Positions 13,400-23,590 of a stretch of 64,000 nt of DNA are shown in pieces. The notes under the pieces were generated by a model. The model made no database searches. It saw only the letters and a program-made list of their open reading frames with translations, and was not told the origin of the DNA. Numbering within the stretch: position 1 is the first letter of the stretch; each line of letters opens with the position of its first letter. This DNA is from Caecitellus pseudoparvulus (Eukaryota; Protista; Bigyra: Bicosoecida). The translations under genes and the position numbers were made by a program. The stretch lies in NCBI GenBank assembly GCA_965644315.1, contig CBFFRQ010000049.1, forward strand, positions 116,454 to 180,453, in the 5' to 3' direction.

Positions 13400-16200
13400 C
13401 ACCCACCACCACACAGAACGGCCAACGTACGCTCTTCAATGCAGCTTTGTTGTTTTTCTCCTTGAAAGTGTTACAGGCCAAAACCTGCAAAACCGAACCC
13501 AGCGCCGAGGGCACACTTACCAACAAAACGCTCAAACCGGCAAGAGACCATCTGGGACCTGCCAAAATTCTCCAAGATAGCGTTCAGAAGCACAATCAAT
13601 CACACGAAATATGAGCACACGGAAGGACACACGCGGCGAGAGCGGTGGCCACAATTTTCCAACACCTACACGCAAAGAGGGTCAAGGCAAGGAAAGAGTG
13701 AAAGACACGAAAGTGGAGCTATTGCTCCTCCCAAGAAAATCCAGTTCAAGCCAATCACCCTTGCGCGAACAACGAATCACCGTGCAAAAAGTGTTGAAGC
13801 ACGACTGTTCTGCAGTATCCAATTAGGCAGAGGAAAGATCAGTGCTGATCAATGTCCTGAGCAGCTTGGCACACAGCGCAAAGAGGTCAACTTCACCCAA
13901 AGCCGAAGCAAGCTGTAAAGTCTTCACACAAAACTTTTCTCAGTACTGCGTGTGAGATCAAGTGGTGATACCGCTTTGGACACTCATGTTGCCGGAGAAA
14001 TTGCAAAAGTTGACGGATGCAGCTGAAAACTCAGATTCGCGCATGTACAATCACCCTAACCTCACAACATGCGTTTCGGTGCCATCAACTGACCGAGTAA
14101 TTGTGTACTGGAGGATCATTTTAAGCTCTTTGGGCATTTGCTTGGTCATAACATTCTCCGTGAAGATGAAAACATGAACAAAAGGCGTAGGGTTTCCTCC
14201 TCCATGTACTTGCATGCTCAGGCACGAATCGTGCCGCCCCCTAGATCTCATGGAGAACAAGAATAGCATGAGAGTGCATTCACGTCAGTCTTGCAAACAT
14301 TCAGAAGAATTAGCCCAGCCAATCACTCTTCTAAGAAGAACAACTCAATGGGATCAGTAGGAAGTCACCGCAGAGCAATTGAAACCTAAACGAACGCGTC
14401 AGATTGTTGTGAGACTCAGAGAAAGCCTTGTGTGAGGAGTCAGAAGGGAAGCATTTTGGTATGGCAACGTCGCAGAAGCAGCTGCGAGGATCAGGGATTG
14501 TTGAGATTGTCAAAATGCACAAATTAACGGAATGAAGGCACCGTTTTCAACTCGTTGATTTTCCTCACTACTGGAACATGTGTTGTCAGGTGCTTGACAG
14601 TGAAACCATAAGTTTTCTCCACTCCTGCACGTTAGGTGCTATAGATTACAGAAGTCGGGCATGCTTCCGACTCTTGCTCGACTCCCAGTTCCAAGGTCCT
14701 ATTTGTTGAGTGTGTTGCGTGATTCCCTTTACAGTATCCACTTTCGTAGCAGTTGCTGGAGTACTCTAGCCATATTGACATGCAATTTTTTAAAATCTTG
14801 CAGTGTTGTGTTGGTGCAGCAACTTCGTTAAATAGCCAAAGTGCTGACCCGACGCAGGTTCTAAATTTGATCGTAGAAAAGAATGGAGCGTCAGCGCAAG
14901 CGTTAGCCTCAGAATAGCTGGAGACCCCGTTTACTTAGTCCAATTCTTTTCGTTGCACTTCGGCACGGCAACTGACAGTTCTTGGAGTCCGTTCTTGATA
15001 GAGTTCCTCAAGCATTCTTAGAGCACATGTAGCAAAGGAAAATCACCCTCAATGTTTCATTGGAGGTCAGCGTTCCTGCAGGCGAATCAGTAGGCAGTAT
15101 GCTTGCAGACCAGGATCAGCCCTTTGCTTGGAACATATTCAATTTCGCAGATTTTCTTGGCGGGAAAAGCACGTGAGTCATGTGCGGCTTAATCGAGAGG
15201 TGAAACCAAGGCATGGAGCTTCTGTGTTGTGAAGAGGTTGGGTGCTTCGACTTGATGCTGAGATCAAGCGTTGCCTACTTCTCTTGACGCATAGATGCCT
15301 TTGCAGAATCGTTGGTTCGGAAATGGAAAAAAGAGGCATTTTTCGTTTGGATGGCTTCGCGACATTGTTCATTGTTCTGGACACACTCTGCAAGTATTGC
15401 TGTTTTCGCTGCTGAATTCTGGAGGGTAGGATGTCAGCTTTAAACTGAAGAAAAATGTCATGTCAGAAGTGCAATATCAATCGACCAACTACTGGACAAC
15501 TCAATGCACCACCGATTGTCGAGAGTAGATCTCATCGTGCATCGTTGTCCACGTTGACCCTACGCTACTGAGTAGGCAGTCATTTCCTGCCGTTCTTTGA
15601 AGAATCGCCTTGTTCACTTGAGGTGCTCTTTCAATGGCCATTCTTTGCAGCGCTGCATGCTTTTCACGACCGAACGCCATCAGCTTGTCTTTTTGACTCT
15701 ATTTGGTGTGTTCCTGAAGGGCATTGTGCCATATTCTACGGATGAGCAGGGTGCAGCTCGTTTGGCTGGAGTCGCACCCATCGCTGCAGTTCTGGTTGTG
15801 TGACAGGAAGGAAGGGGAGTGCGAAGAGCGACTTGCTTCCGAATTGGCCCGTGACTGTGACGGCTCTGACTCGTCCATGTGACAGGACCGCGTGTGTATG
15901 TCGCTCTTTCCCTCTCTTGCTGTCGCATGGTGGCGGCCCCCTTCCTTTCATGTTCATTGTGCAGATGCTGACGAGCTGGCAGACTTTTCATGGCGAGCGG
16001 AATGGATGGTTAGTGTAAGGAGGAGATCCCGCCCATTCAAAGTTGTCAGTGCCTGTCAGCTCTGCTCTTGCTCGTGGCTTGGTTCGATTGCTTTTGTGTG
16101 TTGGATGCCTGGGGCAGCTCTGCTTCGCGCCTGTCTACATTTGGATCAATTCATAAAATTCTGCAACTCCTCCTCTTGGCACCCACATGTGCTAGTGTGC
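13400..16200. other. Low-GC, ORF-poor island of unknown nature
   Basis: A sampled line at 14521 is 40% GC, visibly lower than the flanking coding DNA. No ORF exceeds ~105 aa and no motif is recognisable. Scattered splice-like sites are present. Confidence 0.6.
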
Positions 16201-16332
16201 CTTTGAGTGCGTACTTGGTACACCGGACTGGCAGCTGAGCTGTCTCGCAGTCTGGGTTTGGCGAGCTGTGTGTGTCGTCACCTCAGGAACTCAGGAACTC
16301 GGGCTGCCTTTCTCCTTGCGAATCTGGCCAGG

Positions 16333-19300
16333 ATGAATGGTCCCCGCCTGTCAGGTATCCTACGAAAGGCAACTGTTCCCAGTGAGCTGTGTTGTGATTC
16401 ATCTGCGATCGCTGCGGAGCGGCGGGCTCGTTCAGCAGCAAGTGTTGGCGTGGTGTGGAAGCTGGGGCATGTTTTGACCCAGGGTGGTGCGCACGCGGAT
16501 GCTGAAGCCAAGCGTGCCTTTTCGGCGTTGATCGACTTGATTGAGGCAGCTTGGGGTGAGAGGATTGAAGATGCCTCTTCAGCAGCCCTCATCAGCGAGA
16601 GCTGTGCTCGGGCAGTGCTGTTTGCTGGTGGAGCGATTTCCGCGAGTGTGGGGATCGTGCCCGCCTCCTGTGTTGAAGAGGAAGTCGGGCGCGTGTTAGA
16701 CGCTGCGAACAAGGTCGCTCGCACACTCTCTCTATTTGGATCTGCTCGTGGTGTCTTTGGGCAGTGCCTTGAGTGGCCGCATTGGGGCTCTGGCATTGGT
16801 ATGAGCGCTGGAGAGTCTGGGAGCTCGGCGGTGCAAGCTTTGTCACCTTGGGTGTACAGCATCAGTGTCGCACGTCGCGCCACTGCTGAGAGCATGGCTT
16901 CTGCTCACTCGGCAATGCGGGGAAGTGAGCCGGCGGCTCGAGGTGGCCCGGAATCCTCTGAGCCAGAGGTGTGGTTGTTGGAAGCTGTCAGCGAGCAGGC
17001 AGCGGACCTTGTTGCGTCAAGTGACGCGGGGAGCATTGCCAGCCGCATTGTAGACACCCTTGGTACATCTTCAGATGATGCGGTTCTGCAGGGCAAGCTG
17101 TTTGAGTTGCTGGGTGTTGAGTGCTTAGACTTGATTGCGAGTGTGCTGGAGCACCGGCAGTTGCTGCTTTCTGCCAAGAGCAGGCTGAAAAAGCTGCTCC
17201 AAGGCGACGGCGCAGGCGGGCGGCAAAGTGTGGGTGGCATTTTGGTGCAGAGCTCTTCAGACCGCAAGGCTGCACAGGCTGCGCGCAAGGCTGCCCGGCG
17301 CGGCGGTGGCCGTTCAGCTGGGCTGGGTGAGGCGCGGAAGGGGCAAGCCCCCACCGGAAGCCATGCAATGGGCGAAGCGGCACAGCTTGCGAATCCCATG
17401 AGCGTGGGCCTTCTTGCAGCTGGCGCGTTCATGCCTGTTGGGGGGCTTCCAGAGGGTGCAACGGAGGTGCAGGGGCCAAAGTGGCGCGAAGTGCACGTTC
17501 CCGCACCCCCTGCACAGGTGGCCGAGGCGGGGGACCTGGTGCCAGTGTCTGCCTTGGACCCCTTTGCCCAATTGGCGTTTCGCGGCATGAAATCGCTGAA
17601 TCGCTTGCAAAGCAAGGTGTTCCCTACTGCGTACAACAGCGGGGAGAACATGCTCGTGGCGGCACCGACAGGTGCAGGCAAGACCAACGTGGCAATGCTG
17701 ACGGTGTGTCGTGAAATTGGGCAGCACTTCACGCACGGCATTTTGCAAAAGAGCGAGTTCAAGATCGTGTACGTTGCGCCAATGAAGGCCCTCGCTGCAG
17801 AAGTCACGGCAAAGTTTGGCAAGCGCCTAGCACCGCTGGGCGTCACGGTGAAGGAGTGCACAGGGGACATGCAGCTGACCCGTCGAGAGATCGAAAACAC
17901 GCAGATGCTGGTAGTTACGCCCGAGAAGTGGGATGTCATGACGCGGAAGTCCAACGAAGGGTCTTTGGTGTCAACAGTGAAGCTTCTCATCATAGATGAA
18001 GTGCACCTGCTCGCTGAAGAACGTGGGGCCGTTATTGAGTCGCTGGTTGCACGAACTTTGCGGCATGTTGAAGCCTCTCAGTCGCTCGTTCGACTGGTTG
18101 GGTTGTCTGCGACGCTGCCGAACTTCGAAGATGTCGCCTTGTTCCTGCGGGTAAACCCCAGCTCTGGGCTGTTTCACTTTGGCTCAGATGCCAGACCAGT
18201 TCCGCTTTCGCAACGCTTCATTGGAATTTCTGAGCACAAGTCAGCGGAGCGATCGAAGTTGTTTGCGCTGAAGACGTGGGAGACTGTGCGAGAGGCACTG
18301 AAGCGTGACAAGCAAGTCATGGTGTTCGTTCACAGTCGCAAGAAGACCGCCACGACTGCCAACGAAATCAGAGAGCTAGCACAGGAGGAAGGGGCGCTGG
18401 CATTGCTGAGCCCGTTCACGGCCCCTGGAGATGGGGGCCTCACCTCAGACGTGCCATCTGACGCTCAGGTGAAGTCAGACTTCAGCTCGCTGGCTACTGC
18501 TGTGGGGCGAAGCAAGAACGCCGACTTGCGCACGCTTTTTAGATTCGGGCTGGGGGTGCACCATGCTGGGATGCTGCGGTCGGACCGTACCCTCAGTGAG
18601 ACCCTTTTCGCGAAGGGTGCCATTCGCGTGCTTGCATGCACGGCTACACTGGCATGGGGTGTCAACCTTCCTGCACACACCGTGGTCATCAATGGCACGC
18701 AGGTGTACAATGCTGAGAAGGGTGGCTTCACTGATTTGGGAGTGCTGGATGTGCAGCAGATCTTTGGGCGCGCAGGGCGACCCCAGTTCGACAGTGAAGG
18801 TGAGGGTGTCATCATTACGACGTATGACAAGCTGCCAAAGTACTTGGGCATGTTGACGAACTCCATTCCAATTGAGTCCGCGTTCACGAAAGCCTTGCCA
18901 GACCACTTGAACGCCGAAGTGGTGGCAGGTACGGTCACGTCAGTTCGTGAGGCCATGGCGTGGCTGTCCTACACATACTTGTACATCCGCATGCTGCGCA
19001 ACCCGCTGGCGTACGGAATCAAGTGGGATGAAAAGGCTGCAGATCCACTGCTGGAAGGCAAGCGCATGGCATTGATTCACGAAGCTGCCAAGGTTCTTGA
19101 CGATGCGCGTATGATCCGGTATGACGCAAAGTCAGGCACCCTCGCTGCGACCGATCTGGGGCGGGTCGCATCACACTTCTACCTGCAGCATGAGAGCATC
19201 GAGGTGTTTAACGAAAAGCTGGGGCTCGACACAGCTGCTGGTGCCGCTTCGAGTGCGAGGGGTGTGTCACATGACATGTCTGAGAAAGCCATGCTGGAGC

Positions 19301-22300
19301 TGGTGTGCAGTGCGCAAGAGTTTGAGCAGGTGAGAGTTCGGGACGAAGAGCTTGGGCACCTTGATCGCCTCCGGGAGCACGCGCGCGTGGACATTGCAGG
19401 GGACGTTGCAAATACCCAAGGCAAAGTCAACCTGCTGATGCAGGCCTACATCGCCGGGGCCCGTGTCACGGCTTTCACCCTTGTTTCGGACACCGCCTAC
19501 GTTGTGAAGTCAGCGGGGCGTGTTGCTCGTGGCCTGTTCGAGATCGCGCTGAAGAAAGGCTGGGCTGGACTGGCAGAGCAGCTGCTGAACCTGTGTAAGG
19601 CCCTGGACCGACGGGTGTGGTGGGACTCGCACCCACTTCGCCAGGTTGCCGCAGTGCATGCTCACTCAACCTTGTCTTGGAGCACGCTGGACAAGCTGGA
19701 GGAACGGGGGTGGGCTGCAAGTCCTGATAATTTGAAGAGCATGACTCCAGCTGATGCTGGAGCGCTCGTCGGGGAGCGGCACGCTGGCAGCAAGATCGTG
19801 TCCTTGGCTCAGTCCCTTCCGCAACTGGATGTGGATGTTAGTGTGCAGCCCATCACACGGGGAATCTTGCGCATTACTTGCACCGTGAACCCATCATTCA
19901 AGTGGGTCGACCGTTTGCACGGTGCAGTTCAGGGGTACTGGGTGTGGGTTGAGGATGGTGAGAGTGAGACGCTGTATCATCACGAATACTATCTGCTGCA
20001 CAAGAAGGCTGCTGTTGGTGGAGAGGCCTCGACGTTGGCCTTCACGATTCCTATCAAGGAGCCACTACCACCTCAGTATTGGGTGCGTGTCATGTCAGAC
20101 TCGTGGATCGGCGTCGGCTCCTCGAACGAAGTGTCCTTCCAGCACTTGATCCTGCCCGAAGCACACCCCCCTCACACTCCTCTGATGGATTTGGACCCAC
20201 TTCCAGTTACCGCTCTTGCGAACCAGGCATACCAATCCCTGTATCCATTTACCCACTTCAACCCTGTACAGACACAAGTTTTCCACGTCGCATACCACAC
20301 GGACCACAACATGCTGGTCGGTGCGCCGACTGGATCGGGGAAGACGGCCACTGCGGAGATCGCGCTCATGCGCATGTTCGAAGTGCACCCAGGCACGAAG
20401 TGCGTGTACGTTGCCCCCCTCAGAGCCCTCGTACGCGAGCGACTGAAAGACTGGCGGCAGAAGTTCGGCAAGCTGGGCAAACGGCTTGTTGAATTGACTG
20501 GCGATGTGACCCCGGACATGAAGGCGCTGGAAGCTGCAGACATCCTTGTCGCGACGCCGGAGAAGTGGGATTCCATCTCGCGGGGCTGGCAGCGGCGGGG
20601 ATACGTGCGACAGGTAGGCCTCGTCATTATTGACGAAATCCACCTGCTTGGGGAGGACCGCGGGCCTGTGCTAGAGGTGCTCGTCTCTCGAATGCGGTAC
20701 ATTTCAGCAACCTCAGCAACCAAAGTTCGACTCATCGGCCTCAGCACAGCGCTCGCGAACGCAAAAGATTTGGCTGACTGGCTTGGAATCGAGCGCGTGG
20801 GGCTGTTCAATTTCCGGCCGTCGGTGAGACCCATTCCCATGGAGGCGCACATCCAAGGGTATTCTGGCAAACACTACTGCCCACGCATGGCAACCATGAA
20901 CAAGCCTGCATATGCTGCCATCAAGCGGCACAGTCCTGCAAAGCCGGTGCTCATCTTCGTGTCCTCCAGGCGCCAGACGAGGTTGACGGCACTGGAGCTC
21001 ATCACGCTGTGTGCCGCCGACGACAACCCCCGCACATTCTTGCACATGGACGAAGAGGACGCCGCAGACCTTGCCGCGACGATGAAGGACTCTGCCCTGC
21101 AGCACACGCTCTGCTTTGGCATCGGTGTTCACCACGCCGGCCTGTGTGAGCGCGACAGGAACACAGTGGAGGAGTTGTTTGTCGGTGGGAAGATTCAGGT
21201 TCTGGTGTGTACGAGCACGTTGGCATGGGGCGTGAACTTTCCAGCCCACCTTGTCATCATCAAAGGCACAGAGTATTTTGATGGCAAGTTGTCACGCTAC
21301 GTCGACTTCCCCATCACTGATGTGTTGCAGATGATGGGGCGTGCCGGGCGCCCCCAGTTCGACACACATGGCGTCGCAGTCATCATGGTCGCGGAGGCCA
21401 AGAAAAACTTCTATAGGAAGTTTCTGTATGAGCCATTCCCTGTGGAATCCCACCTTCACGATGTGCTGCATGACCACCTGAATGCCGAAATCGCGGGGGG
21501 TACCATCAAGTGCTTGGGGGATGCGATGGACTACTTGACTTGGACGTACTTCTTCAGGAGACTCGTGCAGAACCCAGCGTACTACATGCTGGAGGACACC
21601 GCCCCTGAGGCCGTGGAGCGGCATATGCATGACCTGGTGGCTTCTGCCCTCAATGAACTGGCTGACAACGGCTGCATTGAGATCGGGGAAGAGGGCGAGG
21701 ATGTATTGCCGGTGGGGGCTTCTCAGTCTGACACAGCCAGCCGCAGCATTCCCTTGTGCGCCTCCACGCTAGGCTGCATCGCTTCCTTCTACTACTTGAA
21801 GCACACGACGGTGGGCATTGTTGCAGAGCGGCTGGAGCGAGAGTCGGCGTTGCTGAGCGGCCCCGCCAGCCGGGCCATGCCAGCACTGCTCAAGCTGCTG
21901 TGCGATGCGTCAGAGTTCGATGAAGTTCCTGTGAGGCACAATGAGGAGCACCTGAATGCCCAACTTGCTGCTGCAGTGCCTTGGCAGGCTGCCACCCTTC
22001 GCATGCAGCATGCGATGGATGATCCGCACGTGAAAGCATTCCTATTGTTGCAAGCTCACATGGCGCGGCTGCCACTGCCCATCGCTGACTACATCAACGA
22101 CACACGGAGTGTCTTGGATCAAGCTGCTCGAGTGCTCAATGCCATGGTGGACATGGCGGCGGATGGTGGTCACTTGATCCCAGCTCTGAGGCTCATGGTG
22201 CTTAATCAAGCACTCGTGCAGGCTCGAATGCCTGACGCGCCATCACTAGACCAGCTTCCACACTGTTCTGTAGCCCTGCGCGACGCACTGTCCAGGAAGT

Positions 22301-23088
22301 TCGCGCCATCAGCCACGGTACTTGCTTGGGATCGAGATCTGGGCAAGGCTGGAGCACGTCCGCACTCCGCAGGTGCTGCTGCTGGGCAACTCTGCCTTGG
22401 CGAGCTGGCCGCTCAAAGAAGTGTTGCTGTCGAGAAGGTTGCCAAGGGGGTGAGGGGTCTTCCGCATCGATCCCGGCAGCAGTTTCTCGCGGCCTTGTCG
22501 GGAGTCCCATTGCTGGACGTGCAGTCCAAGGTCGTGTGCGGTGACAGCCGTGGCAGCGCCCTGCCTGACGGGTCTTGGGTGGTGCCTGCATCATGTGGCG
22601 ACGAAGATGCAGACCCAGCCTTGACACTGAGGGTTTCTCTTCGAGTGGCCAACGCACGAACCGCCTGTGCCACCACGAATGCGAGGGCAGGCAAGCCTTC
22701 ACACATCGGGTGGTGGCTTGTAGTCGGCGCTGGCACAAGCCAGGGCAAAGAAGCAGGTGCGAGTGATGAGCTTCTTGCACTGAAGCGGGTGCGTGTGCCA
22801 TTCAATGGGAGGGTGAGCCAGCACAGCCTCTCCCTGCCCCTACCTACCTCTGCCGGGAAGTGTGGAGTGGTGCTGTTCGTCATGTGTGATGCGCTGGCTG
22901 GCACGGACCAGCAGTACCACATCGCCTTGAACGCCACCGCCCCGACTGCCCATGTGCCCGTGCATGAGAAGAAGATGGGCCCAGCTCTACCAAGTGACTC
23001 TGATTCCTCAGACGATGAAGGTGCCGCGTCGCATTGGGCCGGAGTTGCCAAAGTTGCTGAGGCTCTGACAGGCAGCACTGCTCAGTAG
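16333..23088 (+). CDS. ASCC3: Activating signal cointegrator 1 complex subunit 3 (ASCC3/Slh1), Ski2-like helicase with two helicase-Sec63 cassettes; apparently intronless
   Basis: N-terminus MNGPRLSGILRK. Two cassettes: APTGAGKT/DEVH/QIFGRAGRPQFD and APTGSGKT/DEIH/QMMGRAGRPQFD. ASCC3-typical GKHYCPRMATMNKP. Confidence 0.95.
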   Translation: MNGPRLSGILRKATVPSELCCDSSAIAAERRARSAASVGVVWKLGHVLTQGGAHADAEAKRAFSALIDLIEAAWGERIEDASSAALISESCARAVLFAGGAISASVGIVPASCVEEEVGRVLDAANKVARTLSLFGSARGVFGQCLEWPHWGSGIGMSAGESGSSAVQALSPWVYSISVARRATAESMASAHSAMRGSEPAARGGPESSEPEVWLLEAVSEQAADLVASSDAGSIASRIVDTLGTSSDDAVLQGKLFELLGVECLDLIASVLEHRQLLLSAKSRLKKLLQGDGAGGRQSVGGILVQSSSDRKAAQAARKAARRGGGRSAGLGEARKGQAPTGSHAMGEAAQLANPMSVGLLAAGAFMPVGGLPEGATEVQGPKWREVHVPAPPAQVAEAGDLVPVSALDPFAQLAFRGMKSLNRLQSKVFPTAYNSGENMLVAAPTGAGKTNVAMLTVCREIGQHFTHGILQKSEFKIVYVAPMKALAAEVTAKFGKRLAPLGVTVKECTGDMQLTRREIENTQMLVVTPEKWDVMTRKSNEGSLVSTVKLLIIDEVHLLAEERGAVIESLVARTLRHVEASQSLVRLVGLSATLPNFEDVALFLRVNPSSGLFHFGSDARPVPLSQRFIGISEHKSAERSKLFALKTWETVREALKRDKQVMVFVHSRKKTATTANEIRELAQEEGALALLSPFTAPGDGGLTSDVPSDAQVKSDFSSLATAVGRSKNADLRTLFRFGLGVHHAGMLRSDRTLSETLFAKGAIRVLACTATLAWGVNLPAHTVVINGTQVYNAEKGGFTDLGVLDVQQIFGRAGRPQFDSEGEGVIITTYDKLPKYLGMLTNSIPIESAFTKALPDHLNAEVVAGTVTSVREAMAWLSYTYLYIRMLRNPLAYGIKWDEKAADPLLEGKRMALIHEAAKVLDDARMIRYDAKSGTLAATDLGRVASHFYLQHESIEVFNEKLGLDTAAGAASSARGVSHDMSEKAMLELVCSAQEFEQVRVRDEELGHLDRLREHARVDIAGDVANTQGKVNLLMQAYIAGARVTAFTLVSDTAYVVKSAGRVARGLFEIALKKGWAGLAEQLLNLCKALDRRVWWDSHPLRQVAAVHAHSTLSWSTLDKLEERGWAASPDNLKSMTPADAGALVGERHAGSKIVSLAQSLPQLDVDVSVQPITRGILRITCTVNPSFKWVDRLHGAVQGYWVWVEDGESETLYHHEYYLLHKKAAVGGEASTLAFTIPIKEPLPPQYWVRVMSDSWIGVGSSNEVSFQHLILPEAHPPHTPLMDLDPLPVTALANQAYQSLYPFTHFNPVQTQVFHVAYHTDHNMLVGAPTGSGKTATAEIALMRMFEVHPGTKCVYVAPLRALVRERLKDWRQKFGKLGKRLVELTGDVTPDMKALEAADILVATPEKWDSISRGWQRRGYVRQVGLVIIDEIHLLGEDRGPVLEVLVSRMRYISATSATKVRLIGLSTALANAKDLADWLGIERVGLFNFRPSVRPIPMEAHIQGYSGKHYCPRMATMNKPAYAAIKRHSPAKPVLIFVSSRRQTRLTALELITLCAADDNPRTFLHMDEEDAADLAATMKDSALQHTLCFGIGVHHAGLCERDRNTVEELFVGGKIQVLVCTSTLAWGVNFPAHLVIIKGTEYFDGKLSRYVDFPITDVLQMMGRAGRPQFDTHGVAVIMVAEAKKNFYRKFLYEPFPVESHLHDVLHDHLNAEIAGGTIKCLGDAMDYLTWTYFFRRLVQNPAYYMLEDTAPEAVERHMHDLVASALNELADNGCIEIGEEGEDVLPVGASQSDTASRSIPLCASTLGCIASFYYLKHTTVGIVAERLERESALLSGPASRAMPALLKLLCDASEFDEVPVRHNEEHLNAQLAAAVPWQAATLRMQHAMDDPHVKAFLLLQAHMARLPLPIADYINDTRSVLDQAARVLNAMVDMAADGGHLIPALRLMVLNQALVQARMPDAPSLDQLPHCSVALRDALSRKFAPSATVLAWDRDLGKAGARPHSAGAAAGQLCLGELAAQRSVAVEKVAKGVRGLPHRSRQQFLAALSGVPLLDVQSKVVCGDSRGSALPDGSWVVPASCGDEDADPALTLRVSLRVANARTACATTNARAGKPSHIGWWLVVGAGTSQGKEAGASDELLALKRVRVPFNGRVSQHSLSLPLPTSAGKCGVVLFVMCDALAGTDQQYHIALNATAPTAHVPVHEKKMGPALPSDSDSSDDEGAASHWAGVAKVAEALTGSTAQ

Positions 23089-23590
23089 ACACGAATGCAA
23101 TTCAAACCGAACAAAGCGCACACTGTGGGGAATCCCGCTTGTATGACGGCCTCCCGCATCCTGGACCACAAAGGAGCCCCATCAGCTTTGCTGTGGGCTT
23201 CCTGGCCTCTCAACAACTCGAGCTGGCCTTCGCAGCCCCCTCAAGTGCGGGAGGAGTTGGCCTGTGATGTCCTTGAGCGATGTTTTAGAAACTGGCGCAG
23301 CTCTAAGAGATGGAAACTACCAGGATTCTGCTCGGCATACAGACCCCTCCGTTCTCCTCGCCCGGTGGGGATTGGGAGGCGGCGGTGAGCAGTCTGAAAC
23401 GCTCCAGCTTCGGACGGTGCGAGATGTCCTGTACAGGGGCTACTGTGCTGTGGCTTGCTACCGGAAATGGAAAGCAAACATGCAATCCCGAACAAGACGA
23501 CGAGAGCTGCAGCGTGACAGGGTTTTGCGCTTAGTTGCAGGAGGTGTGGAGGGGGACGTCAGATTGTGAGCGCCTGCGTCGCAGCGACTG

